Source: Gemmatimonadota bacterium (GTDB lineage Bacteria; Gemmatimonadota; Gemmatimonadetes; Gemmatimonadales; GWC2-71-9). From it: a DNA stretch of 64,000 nt. Below are positions 46,292 through 55,457 of this stretch, piece after piece. How positions within the stretch are numbered: position 1 is the first letter of the stretch; every line of letters begins with the position of its first letter. The DNA lies in NCBI GenBank assembly GCA_036679605.1, contig JAZDCZ010000327.1, positions 29,094 to 93,093 of the forward strand, written 5' to 3'. Below the pieces are notes generated by a model. The model worked only from the letters and a program-made list of their open reading frames with translations, ran no database searches and was not told where the DNA came from. The position numbers and the translations under genes are program-made.

Positions 46292-47242
46292 ATGTCTAAC
46301 ACTTCAGTGGCTCGGCTCAGTGATAGCAACGGTGGACCCGTGTCCATCGGTAAGCCTATTGCGAACACGACGTTCTATGTGCTCGACGACAACCTCGACC
46401 CGGTTCCCGTGGGGGTTCCAGGTGAACTTTTCATTGGTGGCAACGGAGTCACCCGAGGGTACCTACACAGACCGGAACTAACACTCGAACGCTTCGTTCC
46501 CAATCCTTTCAGTCCGGATACCAGATTATACCGCACCGGTGACATGGTTAGATACCGGCCAGACGGGAACCTGATTTTCCTTGGGCGGCGCGACGACCAA
46601 CTAAAAGTACGAGGTCACCGCATCGAGTTGGGAGAAATCGAATTTCATGCAGCTCAATTCCCTGGAGTACATGAGGCGGTAGCTGTAGCCCGTACCGATG
46701 ACTCCGATGACACACAGATAGTGGTGTATGTGCGACGCGATGATGGCGCTACCATATCGACCACCGATCTCAAGCAGGCCCTCGGCAATCAACTACCGGA
46801 TTTCATGGTACCATCACATGTTGTGGTGCTCGACCACTTCCCACTTACTCCCAACAAGAAAATCGACCGTAACGCTCTACCTGCTCCCGACCACGTGGCA
46901 CAAGCAGCAGATAACACCTACGTAGCCCCCACAAATGACATAGAGCAGACCATCGCCGAAATCTGGAAGTCAGCTCTAAAGTTGCCACAAGTGGGTATGC
47001 AGGACAATTTTTTTGAGTTGGGCGGTCATTCACTACTGGTCGTCAACGTACACAGTCGCTTGCGTAAGGATCTTGGCAGCGACCTAACTATCACAGATCT
47101 CTTCAGGTTTCCGACGATACGGCTGCTTGCAGCACATCTGAAACATGATGGGGCGAGTGACAGCGCCGACGATGCTATTCAAGACCGGGCGCGAAAAAGG
47201 CAGGATGCGCTAAGCAGGCGTAGACAGCGGCGAAAAGGGTAG
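46292..47242 (+). CDS. C-terminal part of an NRPS: adenylation motifs A6-A10 plus peptidyl carrier protein (inverted fragment)
   Basis: SIGKPIANT, GELFIGGNGVTRGY, YRTGD, GRRDDQLKVRGHRIELGEIE, TPNKKIDR, FFELGGHSLL; lacks A1-A5. Confidence 0.9.
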   Translation: MSNTSVARLSDSNGGPVSIGKPIANTTFYVLDDNLDPVPVGVPGELFIGGNGVTRGYLHRPELTLERFVPNPFSPDTRLYRTGDMVRYRPDGNLIFLGRRDDQLKVRGHRIELGEIEFHAAQFPGVHEAVAVARTDDSDDTQIVVYVRRDDGATISTTDLKQALGNQLPDFMVPSHVVVLDHFPLTPNKKIDRNALPAPDHVAQAADNTYVAPTNDIEQTIAEIWKSALKLPQVGMQDNFFELGGHSLLVVNVHSRLRKDLGSDLTITDLFRFPTIRLLAAHLKHDGASDSADDAIQDRARKRQDALSRRRQRRKG

Positions 47243-50200
47243 AGTGGACGACCAAATTGTGGTCTCGGTCGGACCATACATATTCATCACCTCACCAGAA
47301 ACAACGTCGCTGAGATCGGCCGCCAACCAACCCGGAAGTGCCTCACCGCCCACCAGCAACGCCCGTAAATCTCTGAGAGCATCTCGCGTCGTGGTATCGG
47401 CCATCATTATCTTGGCCATGGATGGCGTACACTGCATATGAGTAACGGAGTGTTTTCTTATTAGTGCGGCAATCGAGTGGTCTTCTCTGCTGATGTGCTG
47501 CGGGGCTGACAGCGCTCGAAGCCTGTCAAGGTGATCGAGGTGCTCCAGCACCAGCTCTAACGGCACGCCAAAATCGATGAGACAGGCAACTTCATCAACT
47601 CCAATTGCTTTCAGCTTCTCGATGGTAGAGCCACAGCCCTCTGGAGTTCCGAAGAGTCCGCTGGTCTCATAGTACCGGCCGAAGGCATGTTCGACCAACG
47701 CGTCAAGATCCTCATCTGACAAAGCCTCGAACGCACGATCGACGCTCTGTTCCTCGCTACGCTCCAGTTTTTCAAACGTTGGGAACGAGGATGCATATTT
47801 CTTGATGAGGCTCGCAGAACTCTTGAGGTAGCTCTTGAGAGGTCCACGTACCTCAGCGCGAACGAAATCGGCATCATCGGCAACGAAGGTGTGAAGCATC
47901 AGGGCAACATGACCTTCGCCAGAGTGGCCCGCATCCTTCCATGCCGTACGATAGATCTTCAGTTTCACGGATACTTCCTCCATACCCTGACCGAGTAAGT
48001 GGGTCAGGATACCCGCACCCAACTCGCCAGCCAGCCTGAATGTCTCCGGGTTCCCGGCAGTCGTGATCCAGATGGGTAACTCTGGCTGAATCGGGCGTGG
48101 CAGCGTACGTACTTCAACCACTCCCTTTGGACCTGGTAGCATCACGCTCTCGCCCCTCCAAAGCCTGCGAACGATATCGATGTATTCAACCATGGTCCGC
48201 TTGGCCTCAGCATAGTTCTCCGGCTTCAGCACGAAGTCATCCGGTTGCCATCCAGACGCAAACGCAATCCCCACTCGGCCATTCGACAGGTTGTCTACAA
48301 CGCTCCACTCCTCGGCGACACGAATCGGATTGTGTAGCGGCAACACACAACTCCCGGCTCTGATCTGAACCCGATTGGTCAGGGCAGCGATCGCGGCGCT
48401 CGCCACGGATGGGTTGGGGTAGAGACCACCGAAAGCATGGAAGTGACGCTCAGGAGTCCAAACCGCGACAAAGTCGTGTTCATCCGCAAATCTTGCTCCC
48501 TCTTTCAGTAGGCGGTACTTGTCGGCGCCGTCGGCACCCTCGTCGCTGGCAAAATAGAAAAGGCTGAAGTCTATCGGCTGGTCGGAGCGGTTGCCGGCCC
48601 GTTCATTTCCCTTCACATCCCACTCCTCGTCGGGATCTATCACGATGGTGAACCCGCGTGCCAACGTCCAAAACAATTCCAAAACGGATATGTCAAACGA
48701 AAGACTCGTTACCGCCAACCAAACTCCGGGAGGATCGTGCGGAACACGTTCGTCCATGCCGGCAAAAAAGTTGATCACATTCCGGTGCTCGACCATCACA
48801 CCCTTGGGCTTCCCGGTCGATCCCGACGTGTATATGACGTAGGCCAGATTGGAGGGAGTGACGTCCTTACCAGGCTCATCCTGATCGGAGCTCGACATCT
48901 CCTTCCACTCCGCATCCATACAGACAACCGTTGCACCGTGATCCGGAAGTTCGCCAGCAATTGCCGTTTGCGTAATCACAACTGGAGCCTTCGAGTCTTC
49001 CAACATGAACGCGATTCTCGCTCGCGGGTAGGATGGATCTATGGGAACATACGCACCGCCCGCCTTGTGAACCGCCAACAGGCTCGCCACCATATCGATT
49101 GACCGGGTTACGCATACGCCGACCAACACCTCAGGGGCGACACCCAAAGAGCGGAGATGACCGGCTAGGGCATTGGCTCGATCATTCAATTCTTGGTAGG
49201 TGACTTTCTCGTTCTTGAATATGAGTGCTGTAGTCTCGGGAGACTGCGCGACACGTTGCTCAAATGCATGATGAACGCAAACCTCTTCCGGACAAGACAT
49301 GGCTGTGTCATTCCAGTCTACCAGGACTTGCTGTCGCTGTCGGTCGGAGAGGAGAGAAACGCCTTCGACGGGCCGTGAAACGTCCGCTACAATCGCATCC
49401 AACAGTGCGGCAAACTGCTCCTGCATGATACCGACAGTCGGCTCATCAAGCGCACCGCAATCGTATTCCCAACGGCAACCAGAGCCGTCTGATGCCACCA
49501 CCCAGCGGAGTTGCAGACCGGCACACGGAGAATTGACACTGGGGTCAGCACCGATGTGCACCGAGACCGACAGCGCATGTGTTTCCCCACTCGATGCCCC
49601 CAGTTCTGGAAACCGAGCTACGACATCGCGCGCATACGTCATCCGGTTCCTGATCTTGGAGACAGCCTCAGCAACTCTGACTGCCGCAGCATCGAATCCC
49701 TCCGTCGGATCAAACTCAATGCGCAACGGCACTTCGGACGAAAATACCCACTCCGCTCCCGCAACGGCCTGTCGCAAGGCCGCATCTGAGAACCCAACAT
49801 CCAGTACAGACACACCTCCCAAGCGTGCCAGATAGACTCCAAGGGACGCCAGCAAGAGCTCTGCAGCGTTAAGGTCGGCCAATCCACTGTTGAGAAACGA
49901 CTGTACTGTACTCGAGATTTCCTGATTCGCAGCTAGCCACTCGCTATGGTCCGACGAGCGCGTTGCGTACGGTATGTGTGCCGGTTCCAACTTCGACAAA
50001 CGCCTAACCCAGTAAGGCTCATGCTGACTTGCGAGAGCGCTGACAGCCTCGACCCGTTTGAGAATCCGCGGTTCGGGATCCTGCAAACGGAACCCTTGTT
50101 TGATCCCAAATCTCTTCGACAACTCAGAGATCGACAGCTTCCTACCTTCAATCGTCGACACTTCCAGTATCTCGATCTCGCCCGAGCTCGATGCGACTCG

Positions 50201-51007
50201 TAGCTTGTCGGAATCGAATTGGGTCACCGTTCCTGGGGCCGCGGAAGAATCCCCATCGATAATGCCAACCGACCGCAGGAGTATTGCCTCACCTCCGATC
50301 AAGACTTTCGGCAAACCAAGCGGGTTTCTGTACCCTCCAAAGTCAAGCGCCCGAACAAGGGCAGATATCTGCTCTGCAGGAGAGGACCACTTGATGGTGC
50401 ACGCTGCGGGAGGGCGATCGTCACGAGCGAAGACATTCAATTCGTCAGAATTTTGGCGGAGTGGCTTCAGGCTCTCCCGTTCCAGATCTTCGACCAGCGA
50501 ACCGAAAGAACTGAGTCCCGCCTCATAACACTTGGTGTTCAGCGTGAAGGAAGTCTCATCACCGGCAATGGAAAAACATTCCTGCCTCAGAATGTCCCCG
50601 GCGTCTACGTTCTCGGTCATCACGTGCCACGTAATGCCATACTCGCGCTCACCACGCATGATGGCCCAAGCGGGCGTATTGAGCCCGGCGTACTTCGGTA
50701 GAGGTCCATCGTGGAAATTAATGGCACCCCGTCGCGGCAGTTCCAAGACTTCGCCGGGCAGAATTGCGAGGCTGGTGATGTTCAGCAGGTAGTCGAACGA
50801 GTTGCGTTCTGCCACGTCGGGGATGTCCCGAGGTCTCGTGACGAGTGGTATTCCCTTCTCCCGAGCCCACTTCCCGATATTTTCGCTCGCCGAGAGGACC
50901 CCCACAACTCTATGACCACGATCCATCAGAATATCGGCACACCCGATCATCAGGGATTCCGCGCCGGCGAGGAAGAAGCTCAGCTGCCTACCCTGTGATT
51001 CCGCCAA
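47210..51007 (-). CDS. N-terminal part of an NRPS: formyltransferase - partial condensation-like domain - adenylation A1-A5 interrupted by a MupA/Atu3671-type luciferase-like monooxygenase
   Basis: INFHDGPLPKYAG, VDAGDI; TYQELN, YTSGSTGKPKG, SFDISV; FSLFYFA, WTPERHFHAFGG, PIRVAEEWS, EVACLIDFG; GGEAL, NMYGPTETTIWSST followed by antisense read-through. GGAG precedes TTG 51007. Confidence 0.92.
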   Translation of the reverse strand: MAESQGRQLSFFLAGAESLMIGCADILMDRGHRVVGVLSASENIGKWAREKGIPLVTRPRDIPDVAERNSFDYLLNITSLAILPGEVLELPRRGAINFHDGPLPKYAGLNTPAWAIMRGEREYGITWHVMTENVDAGDILRQECFSIAGDETSFTLNTKCYEAGLSSFGSLVEDLERESLKPLRQNSDELNVFARDDRPPAACTIKWSSPAEQISALVRALDFGGYRNPLGLPKVLIGGEAILLRSVGIIDGDSSAAPGTVTQFDSDKLRVASSSGEIEILEVSTIEGRKLSISELSKRFGIKQGFRLQDPEPRILKRVEAVSALASQHEPYWVRRLSKLEPAHIPYATRSSDHSEWLAANQEISSTVQSFLNSGLADLNAAELLLASLGVYLARLGGVSVLDVGFSDAALRQAVAGAEWVFSSEVPLRIEFDPTEGFDAAAVRVAEAVSKIRNRMTYARDVVARFPELGASSGETHALSVSVHIGADPSVNSPCAGLQLRWVVASDGSGCRWEYDCGALDEPTVGIMQEQFAALLDAIVADVSRPVEGVSLLSDRQRQQVLVDWNDTAMSCPEEVCVHHAFEQRVAQSPETTALIFKNEKVTYQELNDRANALAGHLRSLGVAPEVLVGVCVTRSIDMVASLLAVHKAGGAYVPIDPSYPRARIAFMLEDSKAPVVITQTAIAGELPDHGATVVCMDAEWKEMSSSDQDEPGKDVTPSNLAYVIYTSGSTGKPKGVMVEHRNVINFFAGMDERVPHDPPGVWLAVTSLSFDISVLELFWTLARGFTIVIDPDEEWDVKGNERAGNRSDQPIDFSLFYFASDEGADGADKYRLLKEGARFADEHDFVAVWTPERHFHAFGGLYPNPSVASAAIAALTNRVQIRAGSCVLPLHNPIRVAEEWSVVDNLSNGRVGIAFASGWQPDDFVLKPENYAEAKRTMVEYIDIVRRLWRGESVMLPGPKGVVEVRTLPRPIQPELPIWITTAGNPETFRLAGELGAGILTHLLGQGMEEVSVKLKIYRTAWKDAGHSGEGHVALMLHTFVADDADFVRAEVRGPLKSYLKSSASLIKKYASSFPTFEKLERSEEQSVDRAFEALSDEDLDALVEHAFGRYYETSGLFGTPEGCGSTIEKLKAIGVDEVACLIDFGVPLELVLEHLDHLDRLRALSAPQHISREDHSIAALIRKHSVTHMQCTPSMAKIMMADTTTRDALRDLRALLVGGEALPGWLAADLSDVVSGEVMNMYGPTETTIWSSTLPFSPLSTPA

Positions 51008-51068
51008 TTCAGAGACTCCGTTCTGGGTTTGTTGCTCCGTGGTCTTGTTAAAGCAAGGTTGGCGCCAA

Positions 51069-51764
51069 CTAGCCCGCCGGCCACTTGAGCACGGCACCGG
51101 TCACAAGATAGCGACCTGCGAGAGCGAACCCCCCATCGATTAAGGACAGCTCCGGGAAATCATGCACTCGAGCGCACCTGACGGTAAAGCGTTGTTTCAG
51201 AGGATCCAGTTCTAGCTCGATGTCCTTGAAATCGAACATTTCTCGCAGAATCGGATAAACGCACTTGTATACGGCCTCCTTGGCGCTGAACAGGACCGCG
51301 GGCCAACCCACGGGGAAGCTCGTCCCAGCGCCCAACGCCCAGCGTGCCTCACGATCAGTAAGCACGGCCTCCACTGCATCTTCTGGAAGTGCCTCAGCTG
51401 GCTCTGTATCTAGTCCTATTCCGCGGAGCGACTCAGCGTGTGCAACTACTGCGGCGGCCATGCTGTCACTGTGAGTGACGCTCCCAACCACCCCGTCAGG
51501 CCAGCGAGGCGCACGATCGCGGCCAGCTGGAATGGGAATACCGGATACACCCAACATCTCCAGCGCCCGATGTGCACACTCCCGGCCTTTGGCGAATTCG
51601 AGGCGGCGCGATGGAACTGCAGATCGAACGCACTCTTCCTCCTCCGGAAACAATGGAGCGGGCTCTCGCTCATTGTCGAACACCGCGACGTGCACCCCTT
51701 CCGGGAACAACTGTCGGAGCACCTGTGCGAGGTCCGTGTCTGAGTTACCTCTCAGGGGTGCCAT
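51069..51764 (-). CDS. 4'-phosphopantetheinyl transferase (EntD/Npt type)
   Basis: RRLEFAKGRECAH, WPDGVVGSVTH, GIGLDTE, FSAKEAVYK. Confidence 0.92.
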   Translation of the reverse strand: MAPLRGNSDTDLAQVLRQLFPEGVHVAVFDNEREPAPLFPEEEECVRSAVPSRRLEFAKGRECAHRALEMLGVSGIPIPAGRDRAPRWPDGVVGSVTHSDSMAAAVVAHAESLRGIGLDTEPAEALPEDAVEAVLTDREARWALGAGTSFPVGWPAVLFSAKEAVYKCVYPILREMFDFKDIELELDPLKQRFTVRCARVHDFPELSLIDGGFALAGRYLVTGAVLKWPAG

Positions 51765-51774
51765 TGTCCCAGCG

Positions 51775-53064
51775 CTATTTGAATTCGAGTCGCAGCAGAA
51801 GATCGTCGTGGGGACCGGGCCTTCCTCGTCCGTCACGATTACTTGTGGTAACATAGACGCTGCCGTCGGGACCAACTTTGATTGCGCGGAGCCTACCGAA
51901 ACGGTTAACCAGCATTTGTTCCTCACACCCGGCACGCCAACCCGTAGCCGAGTTTTCGTCCGGCTCAATAACTATCCGCTTAAGTTGGCGCCCTCGCAGG
52001 CCGGTTACCAGCAGATTTCCAAACCACGGTGTCCCCTCTACCGAATAGACCGCGAGTCCGGCTGGCGCGATCGCTGGGGTCCACTGTGCAATTGGCCAAC
52101 TGAAGTCCGACCCCGATCCAGTGCCGGATGCGTACGGCCAGCCATAATGTTTGCCTGGAACGACGACATTCAGTTCGTCTCGGCCGAAGCGACCTCCCTC
52201 ATTGGGAAGGCCCGTTGGACCATGATCCGTGGCGAACAGTTGCCCCGTCGGATGCCACGCCAGCCCTTGCACATTTCGAAACCCAAGCGCGTACACCGGT
52301 GACGCTTCGAACGGGTTGTCTGTTGGGATTGAACCGTCAGACCGATACCTCAATATCTTGCCCGCAAGCGAGTTGATTCCTTGCGGCTCAGCATCCACGT
52401 ATGCCTCGCCTACTGAGACATAGAGCATGCTGTCGGGACCGAACTCGAGCGCAGCACCAGCATGGAGATGACTTGCCGGCAGGTTGTCGATCACTAGCTC
52501 GGGAGACGATACTTGACCATCGTTATCAACGAAACGGTAGACTCGATCTTCGAACAAGGATTCCGCCGATTTCGACAATACACCCAGCACGCGGCGCATT
52601 CCCCTGTCGAACAAGCGGCCGACTCCTGAGGTGGGACCGCGAAAGAAAGTCCCTACCACATAAATTTCGCGGCTCTTGTCGTAGTCGGGCGCCAAGGCGA
52701 TGCCCATAAGTCCGGCCTCTATACCACTGCTGTTGTCAGCAAATACGTCGAGGCTCGCCCAGGGAGTGGGCTCAACTCTTCCGTTCTCGACAACCCTGAT
52801 CGTCCCCTCACGCTCTGTCACCAGGATCCGGTCTTTGCTAGTGAAAACTAGATCCCAAGGGACATCGAGACCTGTCGCCAATGTGTCGATCGATACCCTT
52901 GAGGAATCCGCACAGAGTGCGAGCGTCGGCAATTGCTCCAACCGATCCTCGACAGCGTCTGACATCCTTTCGGTCTGACGGCAACCCAAGGTCGCGCCGA
53001 CGGCACATAGCGCAATAGCCACACGACTCAAGGAGTTTGGGAAATCAGACACGGTAACCCTCAT
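51775..53064 (-). CDS. PQQ-dependent sugar dehydrogenase (glucose/sorbosone dehydrogenase family), lipoprotein
   Basis: TLGC lipobox, GLDVPWDL, TEREG, FGPDSMLYVSVGE, GKILR, GFRNVQG, YGWP, GRLR. Confidence 0.88.
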   Translation of the reverse strand: MRVTVSDFPNSLSRVAIALCAVGATLGCRQTERMSDAVEDRLEQLPTLALCADSSRVSIDTLATGLDVPWDLVFTSKDRILVTEREGTIRVVENGRVEPTPWASLDVFADNSSGIEAGLMGIALAPDYDKSREIYVVGTFFRGPTSGVGRLFDRGMRRVLGVLSKSAESLFEDRVYRFVDNDGQVSSPELVIDNLPASHLHAGAALEFGPDSMLYVSVGEAYVDAEPQGINSLAGKILRYRSDGSIPTDNPFEASPVYALGFRNVQGLAWHPTGQLFATDHGPTGLPNEGGRFGRDELNVVVPGKHYGWPYASGTGSGSDFSWPIAQWTPAIAPAGLAVYSVEGTPWFGNLLVTGLRGRQLKRIVIEPDENSATGWRAGCEEQMLVNRFGRLRAIKVGPDGSVYVTTSNRDGRGRPGPHDDLLLRLEFK

Positions 53065-53157
53065 AATACGGCAATATCCTTTGCCGAGCCCTGGATTGCA
53101 ATCAAGAAGCTTGTTTTACTTGGGAAGTGTTCGGATTCGTGCTTTGGGACCAGAGAC

Positions 53158-54174
53158 CTATGCGCGTCTACGTGCGACCAAGGCCCTTCGAGCGCGAGCC
53201 CGAACGCTTCCAGTTCGGCTCGCATCGTTGCCGCCGGCTATGTGCTGGGCAAGCGCTCTGACCGTCGGGAACTGAAACACATCTGTGACTGCGAGTTCAA
53301 AACCGATTGAGGCACGGATGCGGTCTCGCATTCTGAGCGCTAGAAGTGAATTCCCGCCCAAACTGAAGAAGCTGTCCTCTGCTCCTACTGTGGGCATTTC
53401 CAACAGCTCCTCCCAGATCTCTGCCACTGCACGTTCTACCTCAATTGGCCGCTGAGGCAGACGATGCCTCTCAGATCTCCCACCTACTCCCCGCAATCCA
53501 GGGGCAACGGTTTGCGTCATCGGTGGTCGATTCAATATCTCACCCGGCGCAGTCATGACCGTGGCGCCCGCCGGCACGTTCTGCATCACAACCGACCCTG
53601 CCCCAACCGTGGCCCAGGCCCCGATCTCAAGATCGGGCAACACGCTTGCGTTGGTGCCCACGTAGACACCTTCACCAAGTTGCACTCGGGCGTTGACCAC
53701 CGCGTTGGGCGCAAGGACACAGCATGCACCTATGCAGCTGCCGTGACCCACGATTGCGCCGATGAACACTACCGAACCCTCACCAACAGATGAGTTCGCG
53801 CCGAGTGTGGCGTTCTGATACACTGTAAGATCGTTGGGAAGTTTGACACCATGCGTGTCGACAGTTGGTGAACACAGTCCTGCAAACGGAACGCCGTAGC
53901 GGTCGATCACGTCACGGGCAGCCGCCCTTTTTTCCGTCGTTCGGGCCACGAGGTTCACAACCTCGTCCCGATTCGCGTCCGCGTCCTGCAACATGTCGAA
54001 TGGCCCTGCGATGGTGACATCCAGAACCTGATCTCCGTGTTTCGCGGAGTCATCGTCTAGCAGAACGATACGATCCCACTGCTGTCGCTCGCGGTTGACC
54101 GTGAGCGCCAGCCTCACGCCTTCGGGGTTGCCCGCTCCACAGAGATAGAGGGTGTGTTTCGAGGCGGACGGCAT
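53158..54174 (-). CDS. NeuD/PglD-like hexapeptide acetyltransferase fused to a C-terminal phosphopantetheine carrier domain
   Basis: GAG N-domain, GAIVGHG, VGAGSVV hexapeptide repeats; IWEELL...FFSLGGNSLL...FQFPTV. Confidence 0.85.
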   Translation of the reverse strand: MPSASKHTLYLCGAGNPEGVRLALTVNRERQQWDRIVLLDDDSAKHGDQVLDVTIAGPFDMLQDADANRDEVVNLVARTTEKRAAARDVIDRYGVPFAGLCSPTVDTHGVKLPNDLTVYQNATLGANSSVGEGSVVFIGAIVGHGSCIGACCVLAPNAVVNARVQLGEGVYVGTNASVLPDLEIGAWATVGAGSVVMQNVPAGATVMTAPGEILNRPPMTQTVAPGLRGVGGRSERHRLPQRPIEVERAVAEIWEELLEMPTVGAEDSFFSLGGNSLLALRMRDRIRASIGFELAVTDVFQFPTVRALAQHIAGGNDASRTGSVRARARRALVARRRA

Positions 54175-54177
54175 GTA

Positions 54178-55131
54178 CTAGCCCACCGGATCCAAAGTTG
54201 CAGACGAAGGACGGAAGGTTCCGACCGCCGGGCGGATTCTAGAAGCTGCACCTGTCATCCAGTCCTTACAGTCCTGGCATCTATCGGGCAATTCGTCGAA
54301 CCGATGCTCCAGGTGCTTCTCACGGTAAGCACCGAGTTCTCCCCATAGACTGGCGAGCGAAGCGTTCCACGCGTTGCCGGCCTCCTCTTCTCCCTCCGTA
54401 TCACCGGGACACCGTGGTACCCGCCCGTCCCAAAACACGTGCATCATGGTGAGCGCCCAGGGACACGGTATACGGTCTTCCTTGGCGATTTCGAGCGGAG
54501 TGCCGAACTTGCCACCCCAACTTAGTTTGTTACGCACTTTGAGGGTGGCGCCCCGCTCCAACCAGTAGGCCTTGAACTCCTCGACCTCGTGTTCGTTCTC
54601 GTCCATCTCGATGAATTGGACTTGGATTTCAGGACCGTTGCCGCGAAGCTCGCGGAGTTGCAGGAAGTGTTCGGCGTTCGCGTATACGCGATCTCGGACC
54701 GCGCCAATCCGAATCGCTTCGAACGCCTCCGCCGAGAACCCATCTATGCCGAACACCACGAGATCGACGCCTGTGTCCATCAGAGGCCCCGCGAGATCGG
54801 GGGTCAGCAACATTCCGTTGGTATTGACGTTGAGCGAAAGCAGACCTACCGACTTGCCGTATCTCAGCATGCGGAACAGTAGGTCAGGTTCCAGCAGGGG
54901 CTCACCGCAGAACGAGAACCAGCACTCGGTACGTGGCGCGGTGGCCGCGATCTCGTCGGCACACTTTTTCCATAGTTCGAACGGCATCGTGCCCTTCGGT
55001 CGCCGCATCATGGGATGATGGCACATGCTGCACGCGAGATTACAGTCTGCACAAACCTCAACCGCAAATTTCTTGGGGAACGGTAGCTCGCCCAGTGTCT
55101 TGGCGATCGTGGCGAGTTCTGGCTGGATCAT
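54178..55131 (-). CDS. Radical SAM protein with SPASM/twitch domain
   Basis: CNLACSMC, GEPLL, TNG; C-terminal CPW...DGRV..CPGD...GN...CQDC. Confidence 0.92.
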   Translation of the reverse strand: MIQPELATIAKTLGELPFPKKFAVEVCADCNLACSMCHHPMMRRPKGTMPFELWKKCADEIAATAPRTECWFSFCGEPLLEPDLLFRMLRYGKSVGLLSLNVNTNGMLLTPDLAGPLMDTGVDLVVFGIDGFSAEAFEAIRIGAVRDRVYANAEHFLQLRELRGNGPEIQVQFIEMDENEHEVEEFKAYWLERGATLKVRNKLSWGGKFGTPLEIAKEDRIPCPWALTMMHVFWDGRVPRCPGDTEGEEEAGNAWNASLASLWGELGAYREKHLEHRFDELPDRCQDCKDWMTGAASRIRPAVGTFRPSSATLDPVG

Positions 55132-55197
55132 GCACAGCTCCTGTTCACATAGCGGTGGCGGGATGAGAACGCTCTTAGAGAATCACCCCGCACAGCA

Positions 55198-55211
55198 GCA
55201 AGACCGAAGCC
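55198..55211 (-). promoter_or_regulatory. Putative sigma54 promoter for the radical SAM operon
   Basis: GGCTTCGGTCTTGC on the minus strand, ~70 nt upstream of the start. Confidence 0.45.
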
Positions 55212-55457
55212 TCAGCGCGTTTTTTTAATGAAGAAGGAATGAATTATTTGTGAAACTCTTGAGGTGAGCCTCTGGCCGGATGCGAGCCGATCCCACGCGT
55301 GGAGTTCATCGCAGGTGTCGGACTCGCCCTGCGTTGGGCACCAACACAAAAAAGGCCCGACATCAAAACGCCGAGCCCACGCTTACCCCGATCCTCGGGT
55401 TAGCCTTTCACCTTTCACATCTTACGTTCCCGTTTCTCGCTTCCCGCTTCCCGCCCC

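Noticed and set aside
37558..47242. Shufflon-like double inversion that also flips the PKS-hydrolase block
   Set aside because: The SDR/PKS gap looks like a native divergent promoter region, no repeated crossover sites were found, and one inversion explains the data
47244..47441. ORF MDDQIVVSVG resembling a PKS start
   Set aside because: It is the antisense of the conserved NRPS A5 region
54178..55457. RiPP system for the radical SAM/SPASM protein
   Set aside because: No credible precursor peptide or RRE domain nearby; context points to sugar or carrier-bound substrates
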